This document shows, piece by piece, positions 9,080 through 17,964 of a stretch of DNA of 64,000 nt. The notes beneath the pieces are model-generated. The model was not told where the DNA came from. It saw nothing but the letters and a program-made list of their open reading frames with translations, and searched no databases. The position numbers were made by a program, and so were the translations under genes. Source of the stretch: an uncultured Maricaulis sp. (lineage in GTDB: Bacteria > Pseudomonadota > Alphaproteobacteria > Caulobacterales > Maricaulaceae); the NCBI GenBank assembly GCA_965242785.1, contig CBDETA010000001.1, positions 79,444 to 143,443 of the forward strand, written 5' to 3'. Within the stretch, counting starts at the first letter, position 1, and every line of letters starts with the position of its first letter.

Positions 9080-10111
9080 ATGCTGCACGATTTCGCGACC
9101 GGCCTTCTGCGCAAGATGGATCCCGAGACGGCGCACCGCTGGACGGTGCGGGGTCTGAAATGGGGTTTCGGACCGCGCGATGCGGCGGGCGATGATCCGG
9201 TCCTGGCCACCCGCCTTGCCGGCATCGACCTGCCCAACCCGGTCGGCCTGGCCGCCGGTTTCGACAAGAATGCCGAGGTGCCCGACGCGCTGCTGCGCAT
9301 GGGGTTCGGCTTTGTTGAATGCGGTGCGGTGACGCCGCGCGCCCAGGATGGCAAGCCGCGTCCGCGCATCTTCCGCCTCGAGGAAGACCGCGCCGTGATC
9401 AACCGCATGGGTTTTCCCAATCAAGGGCTCGACCTGTTCCGCCAGCGCCTGGCAGCGCGCGTCGGCAAGCCCGGCATTGTCGGGGTCAATCTGGGCGCCA
9501 ATCTGGACAGCGAGGACCGGGTCGCCGACTACGTCGCCTGTCTGGACGGGCTGAAGGGGTTGGCGCAATTCTTCACCGTCAATGTCTCCTCACCCAACAC
9601 GCCCGGCCTGCGCACGCTGCAATCCTCCGGTGCCCTGGATGACTTGCTGGCGGCTGTGGCGGCGGTGCGCGATGCGGCGCCGGTCTTCCTCAAGATCGCG
9701 CCGGATATCGAGGATGCCGAGGTTGAGGTGATGGCGGCGGCCGTCGGGCGTCACCAGCTGGATGGTGTCATCGTCTCCAACACCACGATCACCCGTCCGG
9801 AAAGCCTGCAGAGCCCGCTGATGGGCGAGGGCGGCGGTCTGTCCGGCCCGCCGGTCTTCCAGCGCTCGACCGAGCTGGTGCGCCTGTTCCGCAAGGCGCT
9901 GGGGCCGGATGTGGCGATCATCGGTGTCGGTGGTGTCGACAGTGCGCAGACGGCCTATGCCAAGATCCGCGCCGGCGCCAATGCAATCCAGCTCTATACC
10001 GCGCTGGTCTATCACGGTCCCGGCCTGGTCGCCGAGATCAAGCGCGGCCTCGCCGAACGGCTTCAGGCCGACGGTTTCGCCTCGGTCTCCGAGGCGGTCG
10101 GGGTCGACTGA
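9080..10111 (+). CDS. pyrD: Quinone-dependent dihydroorotate dehydrogenase
   Basis: NPVGLAAGFDKN, INRMGF and NVSSPNTPGLR motifs. Confidence 0.95.
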   Translation: MLHDFATGLLRKMDPETAHRWTVRGLKWGFGPRDAAGDDPVLATRLAGIDLPNPVGLAAGFDKNAEVPDALLRMGFGFVECGAVTPRAQDGKPRPRIFRLEEDRAVINRMGFPNQGLDLFRQRLAARVGKPGIVGVNLGANLDSEDRVADYVACLDGLKGLAQFFTVNVSSPNTPGLRTLQSSGALDDLLAAVAAVRDAAPVFLKIAPDIEDAEVEVMAAAVGRHQLDGVIVSNTTITRPESLQSPLMGEGGGLSGPPVFQRSTELVRLFRKALGPDVAIIGVGGVDSAQTAYAKIRAGANAIQLYTALVYHGPGLVAEIKRGLAERLQADGFASVSEAVGVD

Positions 10112-11430
10112 AGCCGTCTTTCCAGCGCCGGATAGGCCACGCCCAGTGCTGCGCCGCGGGCGATATAGAAGATCAGGAAAGCCGCCCAGACGCCGTGATT
10201 GGCAAACATGGGCGAGAGCAGCGCATCGGCGGCCAGATAGATGGCCACGGCGGCGATCCCGGCATTGCGCAGGATTTTGCCGCTGGTGGTGCCGATGAAC
10301 ACCCCGTCCATCAGCCAGGCACCCGCCCCCAGGAAGGGCACGACGGCGCACCAGGGCAGATAGGTGACCGCGGCTTCCAGGGCTGCCTCGTCATCGATCA
10401 CCGCAGCCAGCACATCGGCCCCGAACAGGAAGGTCAGTACGGCAAAGACTGCACCGGCCGCGAACATGGGCTCGCCCGACAGCCGCACCGCCCGGCGCAA
10501 CCCGTCCAGCGAGCGGCGGCCGAAAGCCCGGCCTGCTTCGGTCTCGGCCACAAAGGCAAAGGCGTCCAGCACGAAGGCCCACAGCGAGATCACCTGCAAC
10601 AGGACATGATTGCCGGCCAGCGGCGCCGTGCCCTGACGGGCGCCGGCATTGGCAAACCAGGTAAAGCCGATCACCAGCGTCCAGGTGCGGATCATCAGGT
10701 TGAGATTGACCTGGAACATCTCTGCCAGGGCGCGTGGCTCCAGCAGTCGCGCCCGGTCCAGCACGCCACCGGCCAGCCCGCCCTGGCCCTTCAGCGCGAC
10801 GCTGGCCAGCACAAGGCCCAGCAGCAGGCCGATCCATTCCGCAATCGCGGTGGCGGCGCCCACGCCGCCCGGGCCGTAGCCCAGTCCCAGCACGAACCAC
10901 AGGTCCAGCGCGATATTGACCAGGCTGAAGGTGACATAGATCGCCAGTGTTGCGGCATTGCGGCCCAGCCCGATCAACCAGCCCGACAGGGCGAAGGCGG
11001 CCAGGGCGGCCGGCGTGCCCCAGGCGCGGGCGAGGAGGTAGTCCCGGCCCTTGCTCTCGACATCGGCCTCGCCCTGCATCACGGCAAAGCCGGCCAGGGC
11101 GATCAGGTCGCGCAACAGGAAGACGGCCATGCCCAGCACGGCACCGATGGCCAGGGCGCGCAGGGCGATGCGCTGGGTTTCGGCGATGTTTCCTGCGCCA
11201 TCGGCCTGGGCTGTCAGCCCCGTCGTACCCATGCGGAGGAAATAGAAGCTCCAGTAGAAGACCGAGAAAATCGCCCCGCCCAGGGCCACCCCGCCCAGAT
11301 CGGCCGTGTCACCGGACAGGCCCAGGACAAAGGTATCGGTCACGCCGGCCAGCGGCACGGCCGCATTGGCAAAGACCAGCGGCCAGGCACGTTTGAGGAC
11401 ATCGGTACGGGTCAGGGGCGCGGTCGACAT
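10063..11430 (-). CDS. MATE family efflux transporter (DinF-like)
   Basis: 12-TM pattern; FLRMGTTGLTAQA and NIALDLWFV motifs. Confidence 0.9.
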   Translation of the reverse strand: MSTAPLTRTDVLKRAWPLVFANAAVPLAGVTDTFVLGLSGDTADLGGVALGGAIFSVFYWSFYFLRMGTTGLTAQADGAGNIAETQRIALRALAIGAVLGMAVFLLRDLIALAGFAVMQGEADVESKGRDYLLARAWGTPAALAAFALSGWLIGLGRNAATLAIYVTFSLVNIALDLWFVLGLGYGPGGVGAATAIAEWIGLLLGLVLASVALKGQGGLAGGVLDRARLLEPRALAEMFQVNLNLMIRTWTLVIGFTWFANAGARQGTAPLAGNHVLLQVISLWAFVLDAFAFVAETEAGRAFGRRSLDGLRRAVRLSGEPMFAAGAVFAVLTFLFGADVLAAVIDDEAALEAAVTYLPWCAVVPFLGAGAWLMDGVFIGTTSGKILRNAGIAAVAIYLAADALLSPMFANHGVWAAFLIFYIARGAALGVAYPALERRLQSTPTASETEAKPSA

Positions 11431-11471
11431 GACCGGCAGCTAGCCTGACCCGCACGATGGGGGCAAGCCGC

Positions 11472-11786
11472 CTAGTGTTCGCGTTCGGCCAGTTGCGGGC
11501 GTTCGCGGGCCAGTTCGGCCAGCCGCAGCTCGACCTGTTCCAGCGCCGCTTCGCGGGTGCGTTCCACGCAGACGGGCAGGGTCATCGGGCGCAAGAGGTC
11601 GCCGCGCAGACGGTCACGGCAGACCTCCACGGCGGCTTCGGTGATGCGATCGTGCAGTGTTTCCAGACGGTCCGCATCCAGCAGGTCGGCCTCGGTGACC
11701 GGAATGGCAACCGAATGCGGCGGCGCCGCCAGCGCGGCCGGTGCGGTCAGGACAAGGCTGGCGATCAGAACAAGGGGACGAAGCAT
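11472..11786 (-). CDS. UrcA family secreted protein
   Basis: Signal peptide; DL...L..RI..AA.EVC and a second Cys (CVE), the UrcA pattern. Confidence 0.75.
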   Translation of the reverse strand: MLRPLVLIASLVLTAPAALAAPPHSVAIPVTEADLLDADRLETLHDRITEAAVEVCRDRLRGDLLRPMTLPVCVERTREAALEQVELRLAELARERPQLAEREH

Positions 11787-11928
11787 GGGACATTCTCCAG
11801 AACGTTCTTCGCGTCATTCGATTATGAATGCGAAGTAGAGGCTATCTGGAGAAGTGCAGGCGTGGATTCAACGGTCGCGCCCAGAATGCTTGCGTCTTGG
11901 GGTTATGCAAAAATGTATGGACCTGGGA

Positions 11929-12291
11929 TCAGAGCTCGCAAACACCATCGCGACAGGTGCGGCGCGGCCGATAGGGCGCCAGCCAGCGATAGATGCGGTC
12001 CAGCGGTTTGCGGATGAAGGCCGGCCGGGTCAGCCAGGCCAGCCGGCGCCAGCCCGGCAGGCGTTCCCAGATCGCCAGGAAGGCCAGCCATCCGTCCTCC
12101 ACCGTGCCGTCCGGCAACCGCACATGCAGCGAGCGCAGGGCGGCGTCACGGTCGATATCCTCGGGAATCTCGCCATTGCAGTCCTGCAGGCGGATGATGT
12201 GGTCGCCATGGTGGGCATAGCGCTTCATCTCGGCGCAGCAGATCGGGCACAGCGCGTCGTAATAGGCGATCAGGGGACCGGTGGTGTTCAT
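11929..12291 (-). CDS. DCC family thiol-disulfide oxidoreductase (DUF393)
   Basis: YDALCPIC (DxxCxxC) motif. Confidence 0.85.
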   Translation of the reverse strand: MNTTGPLIAYYDALCPICCAEMKRYAHHGDHIIRLQDCNGEIPEDIDRDAALRSLHVRLPDGTVEDGWLAFLAIWERLPGWRRLAWLTRPAFIRKPLDRIYRWLAPYRPRRTCRDGVCEL

Positions 12292-12395
12292 GACCCCCAA
12301 TCTAGGCCGGCGAGGCCGCAAGGACAGTCGCCAAATGGTCGCAGGGCCGGGCCGTCAGCCCCGGTGGATCCGGCCCGGCCCGCGACCGCCAGGGC

Positions 12396-12743
12396 TCAAT
12401 TCTGCCGGGCCGGCTCCCGCATGGCGTATTCCGAACCCGAACGCGTTGCGGCGATGCGCTGGTCGAGCTCCAGGTTCACATCGGCCAGCGTCTGCTCGAT
12501 ACAGCGGCGCTCGGTCCGCACGCGGTCCATGCCGCGCAGTTCACGCGCTTCACAGACCGTTTCAGCCGCGGAACGCAGCTCGGCACGGATTTCAGCGAGG
12601 GCGGTGGGATTGTGCAGGTCGGACCGGTCGAAGGTGATGGTCTCGAACGCGTCCGGACCGAGCGCCGAGGCCGGTGGTGCGAGAAGCAGGGAGGGGGAGA
12701 GGGTGATCAGGACCGCGACAGCGGTCAGGGTGCGCTTGTTCAT
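12396..12743 (-). CDS. UrcA family secreted protein (second paralog)
   Basis: Signal peptide; SDL...AAETVC...CIEQ pattern. Confidence 0.75.
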   Translation of the reverse strand: MNKRTLTAVAVLITLSPSLLLAPPASALGPDAFETITFDRSDLHNPTALAEIRAELRSAAETVCEARELRGMDRVRTERRCIEQTLADVNLELDQRIAATRSGSEYAMREPARQN

Positions 12744-12896
12744 GGGAAGGGGCTCCTGTTGGCCTGCGGCCGACAGCACCATGCTGTCTGCCACCGCAAC
12801 AGCCACCCTGGAGCTTCCCGGCTAACCGCCGCGTGGCGGCGGGCCTAAGCATTCGTCAAGCGTCCGTCACGAAGTGTCGGAACCGTAATGGCGATG

Positions 12897-13319
12897 TCAG
12901 CTTTCCGCGCTCGCGCCCTCCGGCGTGATCAGGAAGTGCCCGTGCAGCGTCGCCACCGGCGCTTCGGTCCGGCCCTGCCAGGCTTCCACGCGCACATTCG
13001 CCACTCGCCGGCCAGAGCGCGCGACGATCGCCCGCGCATAGACATCCTGGGCCCGGGCCGGGCGCAGATAGTCGATGGCCACATCGATCGGTTTGGGCAG
13101 GCGCGCCATGGGCTGGCTGATCAGGAGGGAGCCGGACGCCACGATTTCCAGAAACGCCCCGACAGCCCCGCCATGCAGCGCCGGGATCAGCGGATTGCCG
13201 ACCAGATCCTCCCTGAACGGCAGGATGCCGGTCAGCTCGGTGCCCTTCATCTCCAGTTGCACACCGAACCGGGCGACATAGGGCGTGGCGAGCAGGGTCT
13301 CCAGCAGGGCGCGGCTCAT
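12897..13319 (-). CDS. PaaI family thioesterase
   Basis: GNPLIPALHGG and DYLRPA hotdog-fold motifs. Confidence 0.9.
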   Translation of the reverse strand: MSRALLETLLATPYVARFGVQLEMKGTELTGILPFREDLVGNPLIPALHGGAVGAFLEIVASGSLLISQPMARLPKPIDVAIDYLRPARAQDVYARAIVARSGRRVANVRVEAWQGRTEAPVATLHGHFLITPEGASAES

Positions 13320-13804
13320 GAGGCACGTCCCTCCTTCATCGCCTTCACGGCCCGCTCCTGGGCCGCCTTGGAGGCCCGCGTGATCATGAAAGCCGCTTGG
13401 GCAATCGCCACCGGGTCCTCCACATCGCCGTCATGCGCCGTGGCCCGCACGAAGGCGACCAGGCCGTGTGATTTCAGGCAGCGCGCCTGCGCCGTCACAT
13501 CCAGGCCGGCTCGCGCCGGGCGCATGTAGTCGATCCGCAGGTCCAGCGTGGCCGGTGTGTCCCGGGCGCCCAAGCCGCCAAAGGCCGCGATGCCGCAGCA
13601 ATGGTCCAGCAGCGCCGTGATCACGCCGCCATGCAGGGTTCCCGTTTCCGGATCTCCGATCAGGTCTTCGGAATACGGTGCCGCCATGACAGCCCGGCCT
13701 GGCGCAAGTTCGAGAATCCGGAAGCCCAGGGCCACCGCGTGCGGCGATCCGTCCACAATCAGCGGGGCAAGCGTATCGAGACGGTGCTGGATATCGTCGT
13801 CCAT
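13316..13804 (-). CDS. PaaI family thioesterase
   Basis: TLHGGVITALLD and TLDLRIDYMRPA motifs. Confidence 0.9.
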   Translation of the reverse strand: MDDDIQHRLDTLAPLIVDGSPHAVALGFRILELAPGRAVMAAPYSEDLIGDPETGTLHGGVITALLDHCCGIAAFGGLGARDTPATLDLRIDYMRPARAGLDVTAQARCLKSHGLVAFVRATAHDGDVEDPVAIAQAAFMITRASKAAQERAVKAMKEGRAS

Positions 13805-13868
13805 GGCGGGTCCTGCATCTGGTCTGACCTTCGTTGATAGGTCAGCCCATCCGGCCCGGCCAGCGCTT

Positions 13869-14702
13869 TCAGCTGCGGCGCATGCGCTTCTCGACCACCT
13901 GTTCCAGACCGGTCACCACGGGTTCGCGCAGGGGATTTCCGTCTTCCGCCATGCGCGAGAGCTGGGCGATCGCCGAGCGGTGCATGGTCGCCACTTCCGC
14001 CTCCGAGGCGGTGTAGTCCTTCACATGCGAGATGAAGCGCTGCAGCGATCGGGCCACACGGACCGCCAGGGCATCGCCGGTCAGTTGCATCTCTTGCACC
14101 AGCGACACCGCGGCCGCACGCGCGGCACCCATCGCCGTGGTCACCCCTGCCTCGACATCGGCCGTGCGCTTGTAGGACGGGCCCATGGCGTTGCGCTTGC
14201 GGCGGCGCCGGTCCGGACCGGTAAAGCGCGGCGATTCCACAAAATCGCGCGGTCTCTCCACCACGGCGGTGAGGCGCTGCTGCAGGGTGATCGGCGCAAT
14301 CGGCGTGATGATGAATTCGGTCACGCCGGCATCGCGCGCCAGCTCAATCTCGCGTCGCGAGCGCGGCTGGGAGATCATGATGATGGGGGTCTGCTGGAAG
14401 GGAGCGCCTTGGGTTTCGCGAATGCGGCGGACCAGGCGAAGCCGGTCTTCCACGGGCGTGTCATGCTGGTTCCAGTCCGATACCAGCACGCTGGGCAATC
14501 GAGCGGTCAGGCTCTCGAAGGCAAGCTCGGCGTCATGGGCGACATGCACTTCCTGGGTCCCGGCATCGCGCAGCAGGGAGACCAGGATGGAACGCATGAA
14601 CGGGTTCGACTGCAGCAACAGCGGACCGCTGCGTGCGCAATCAATGCCTTCCGGCACGGACATCTGGGCGATGTCAGTCTTTTGAAGTGCGTTCCCTGTC
14701 AT
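13869..14702 (-). CDS. CheY-like receiver protein with an arginine-rich c-di-GMP motif (Cle-like)
   Basis: Receiver fold followed by PRDFVESPRFTGPDRRR, matching [YF]xGPxRR. Confidence 0.7.
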   Translation of the reverse strand: MTGNALQKTDIAQMSVPEGIDCARSGPLLLQSNPFMRSILVSLLRDAGTQEVHVAHDAELAFESLTARLPSVLVSDWNQHDTPVEDRLRLVRRIRETQGAPFQQTPIIMISQPRSRREIELARDAGVTEFIITPIAPITLQQRLTAVVERPRDFVESPRFTGPDRRRRKRNAMGPSYKRTADVEAGVTTAMGAARAAAVSLVQEMQLTGDALAVRVARSLQRFISHVKDYTASEAEVATMHRSAIAQLSRMAEDGNPLREPVVTGLEQVVEKRMRRS

Positions 14703-14777
14703 GATGGCGGTTCTAGGCCATCATTCTTGACATCCAGCAAAGCGACCTGGTTAACGCGCGGTGAAGATGCGGTTTTG

Positions 14778-15101
14778 TCAGTTGCGGCCGACAGCGCGCA
14801 ACAGCCTGAACACGATCCAGATCGGGATCACCAGCACGGCGCCCAGCAGGAAATATTCGATCGCCCAGCCGGCACTGTCGAACAGGAAATCGATGAACCG
14901 GCCCCAGCTGCGCGCCAGTGTGCCGAAGAAATCGGCCCACAGATCGCGCGGATTGACGTTCAATGCCGCCAGCAGGAAGCCTGCCAGCACGCACAGGAAG
15001 ACCAGACGCAGGACGTCGGTTGTGCTGATCCGCGTCAGGCGCTGCACGAAGCTGCGCTTTTCGCCAGACCGGGCAGCTTGGGATGTCGAATGCTCTGTCA
15101 T
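14778..15101 (-). CDS. Small membrane protein (DUF6460-like)
   Basis: Two hydrophobic segments; YFLLGAVLVIPIW motif. Confidence 0.6.
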   Translation of the reverse strand: MTEHSTSQAARSGEKRSFVQRLTRISTTDVLRLVFLCVLAGFLLAALNVNPRDLWADFFGTLARSWGRFIDFLFDSAGWAIEYFLLGAVLVIPIWIVFRLLRAVGRN

Positions 15102-15166
15102 GACGCCACTGTATCACCAATTGGGGCGCAATCGGGGCCGAAGCAGCCCCGATGCGCGGAAAGGGC

Positions 15167-15997
15167 TCAGCCTTTGCGGGCGATATTGACCCGGTGCGGG
15201 TAGGGAATGGAAATGCCGTTCTTGTCGAAGGCTTCCTTCACATTCTTCATCCCGTCGAACTTGATGCCCCAATAGTCGCCGGTATTGCCCCAGGCTCGCG
15301 CCACCAGATCGACCGAGCTCTCGCCATGGCCGGACACAGCCACGAAGATCTCCGGATCCGTGTGCACGCGGGCATCGCTGGCCAGCGTGTCGCGGATCAC
15401 CTGCATGGCCTTGTCGATATCGTCGCCATAATCGATCGAGAAGGCGAAATCGACGCGGCGGGTCGGGTTGGCGGAATAGTTGGTGATCACATCACCCCAG
15501 GACTGGCCGTTGGGAATGATGATCTTCTTGTTGTCGCCGGTCGCCAGCACCGTGGTGAACAGGTTCACATCCTTCACCGTGCCGGCGACGCCCGCCACCT
15601 CGACAAAGTCACCGATGGCGTAAGGGCGGAAGGCGATGATCATCACCCCGGCAGCGATGTTGGACAGCGTGCCCTGCAGGGCAAAGCCGATGGCCAGGGT
15701 CATGGCGCCCAGGGCGGCAACCATGCTGGTCGTCTCGACACCGAACTTGCCCAGGACGGCGATGATGACCACGGCGATGACGCCGTAATAGACAATCGAG
15801 GAGAAGAAGCCGGCCAGGGTGTCGTCGATCCGCGGTGAACGGGACGCAGCCTTGCGGACCCCGCTTCGGATCATTCCGGCCACGATCATGCCGACGATCA
15901 GGATCAGCGCTGCCAGCACAATATTGGTCCCGGCTGACACGGCCCGCTCGGCCAGCATGGCCATGGTCTCGGGATTGAGAAAGTCTTCGAAATTCAT
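15167..15997 (-). CDS. mscS: Small-conductance mechanosensitive channel
   Basis: IGFALQGTLSNIAAG, RPYAIGDFV, IIIPN and TRRVD motifs. Confidence 0.92.
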   Translation of the reverse strand: MNFEDFLNPETMAMLAERAVSAGTNIVLAALILIVGMIVAGMIRSGVRKAASRSPRIDDTLAGFFSSIVYYGVIAVVIIAVLGKFGVETTSMVAALGAMTLAIGFALQGTLSNIAAGVMIIAFRPYAIGDFVEVAGVAGTVKDVNLFTTVLATGDNKKIIIPNGQSWGDVITNYSANPTRRVDFAFSIDYGDDIDKAMQVIRDTLASDARVHTDPEIFVAVSGHGESSVDLVARAWGNTGDYWGIKFDGMKNVKEAFDKNGISIPYPHRVNIARKG

Positions 15998-16065
15998 GGC
16001 GTCCAGCCCCCGTGCAGCGCAAGTCTCTTCTCGCTACTAGCACCCTTCGCCGGGCAGGGAAACGC

Positions 16066-16797
16066 CTAGCCTGCCGGTTCTGCCGAGCGATCGAGCGACC
16101 CGCGAACGATCATGATTTTCTGCCAGATTTTCGCGGCCATCCCGGACGTCAGGCTTTCGATGTCATTGACCGCCGCGATCACGACCGGGTCGCGCGAGCT
16201 TTGTGCATAGAGCGCAGCGATCTTGCCGGCCAGGCTCAGGGCCTCGGCGCAATAGTCCAGATAGCGCGACAGCTCGAACTCGGACATCTCCCGGCCGGGC
16301 GAGGAGGAGGTGCGCGGGCCCAGGCGCAGGAGGGCGTTCGGGTCCTTGGTCAGCTGGTGCATGTCGATGACGTGGGCAATCGAGCGCAGCTCGTGCAGAT
16401 CGTCCAGTGCGAGCGATCGCTTCAGGCGTTCCTCCACGCGGGTCAGGGTGAAGATCGCAACTGCGGTCAGGATGACGATGTTCAGCCCGGCCTCGACCCC
16501 TTCGAACACCGTGAACACATCGGCCTGCGCATCGCCGACATCGACCCAGCCCATCATAGCCTTGACGATGAAGACCAGGCCGGCAATGGCCAGCAGGACT
16601 GCCAGCAGTGTGCCGCTGCGCAACAGGAGATAGGGCCGGGCGAGGCGCTGACTGCGCCGCCGGTCGCGCTTGGCCAGGTCGATCAGTTCGGCGATGACTT
16701 TGTTGATGCTGGCCGTGGGAAACCGTTCACCCGCCCTCAGGGACAGACGTTCCAGTGTCTCAACAATGCGTTCGGAATCCAGCGAACTGAATGCCAC
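16066..16797 (-). CDS. Conserved hypothetical membrane protein
   Basis: GTG start after a GGGGGG SD; two TM segments; LHELRSIAHVIDMHQLTKDP. Confidence 0.7.
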   Translation of the reverse strand: MAFSSLDSERIVETLERLSLRAGERFPTASINKVIAELIDLAKRDRRRSQRLARPYLLLRSGTLLAVLLAIAGLVFIVKAMMGWVDVGDAQADVFTVFEGVEAGLNIVILTAVAIFTLTRVEERLKRSLALDDLHELRSIAHVIDMHQLTKDPNALLRLGPRTSSSPGREMSEFELSRYLDYCAEALSLAGKIAALYAQSSRDPVVIAAVNDIESLTSGMAAKIWQKIMIVRGSLDRSAEPAG

Positions 16798-16862
16798 CCG
16801 ATACCCCCCTTGGTGGTGGACCGGATGGCACACTGCCCCGCGAAGGGTCGCGTGTCACCCCG

Positions 16863-17813
16863 TCAGGTTGACGCGACCACAGCGGCCGAACTGGCCGAGG
16901 TCACGGCGACGATCATGGCGGCCTGGGCCGCCAGGATGGCCGCCAGGTCACGGGCGGCCGAGATGGCCTGGCCGCCGCCCAGTTCCGACTGGGCCAGGCG
17001 CAGCGCCAGCTTTGCCGCGACGCTGGAGTCCGGGCGCGGCTTGAGTGCGCGCACAGCCTCGAAGCCGGCAACCAGCGCATCAGCCGCCGCATGACCCTGA
17101 CCGGAAGCGGCCAGGACGGCCAGACCGGTCTTGCCGATGCCGCTGCGCAGGGCCGAACGGCCACGCATCGCGGTGTTCAGCACGGTCCAGGATGCAGCGA
17201 TCTGGGCCGGATCATAATCGAAGAACGCGATCTCGCAGGCTGCAGCTTCGGCATGGGCCTTGGGCACACCGGCCGTACGCAGGGCGTCGCGCGCCTTGTC
17301 CAGCTGCTCCACGGCCTCGTCCGGCGTGTCGCCCATGGCAGCGAAGATGGCCGCCACCACTTCCTCCCGGGCCGCATCGCGGCGCCACCAGGGCGCGGCA
17401 ATGGCTTCCAGGATGTCGTAGAAACCGTCGGCCTGGTGGGCCTGTCCCCCGGCTGTCACCAACCCCAGGGCGGCGCAGGAACCGCCATGATTGAGACGGC
17501 GGCCACCGCGTGCCTTGCGGCGTTCGTCCAGGGCTTCGCGGGCCGCAAAGAAATGCTGGGCCGTGCGATTTCCGGAGGCGAGGGCAGCGGCAAAGACCAG
17601 CCGCATCGACTTGGCCGGTGCGCGCCAGGCGCCCAGCCCGTCATTCAGCTGATCGCGGATCGTTAGCGTGCGCTGGACCAGGACCTCCGGCTCCAGCTCG
17701 CTCGACAGGCCCGCCAGGGCCGAAAACCGTGCATACAGCCGTTCACCGCGACCGGCCTGGTCGCGAAAAGCGCTATCCAGCGCCGTGAACCGTTCGATCC
17801 CGGATCCGGCCAT
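16863..17813 (-). CDS. Hypothetical helical protein, DUF4003-like
   Basis: C-terminal AAQAAMIVAVTSASSAAVVAST tail resembles DUF4003. Confidence 0.45.
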   Translation of the reverse strand: MAGSGIERFTALDSAFRDQAGRGERLYARFSALAGLSSELEPEVLVQRTLTIRDQLNDGLGAWRAPAKSMRLVFAAALASGNRTAQHFFAAREALDERRKARGGRRLNHGGSCAALGLVTAGGQAHQADGFYDILEAIAAPWWRRDAAREEVVAAIFAAMGDTPDEAVEQLDKARDALRTAGVPKAHAEAAACEIAFFDYDPAQIAASWTVLNTAMRGRSALRSGIGKTGLAVLAASGQGHAAADALVAGFEAVRALKPRPDSSVAAKLALRLAQSELGGGQAISAARDLAAILAAQAAMIVAVTSASSAAVVAST

Positions 17814-17964
17814 GATGATGAATTCCCTCGCTACTCGGTACTATGCGGGCAAGCATGGCGAAATCGCGGCAATCGGGGCAGAGGGACGCGCCTGGCGGCT
17901 GTCCCCCGTTATTCTGAGGCCGCGCTATCGCCGCCGGACCGGTTGCGCGCTAGCTTCGCTCTTG

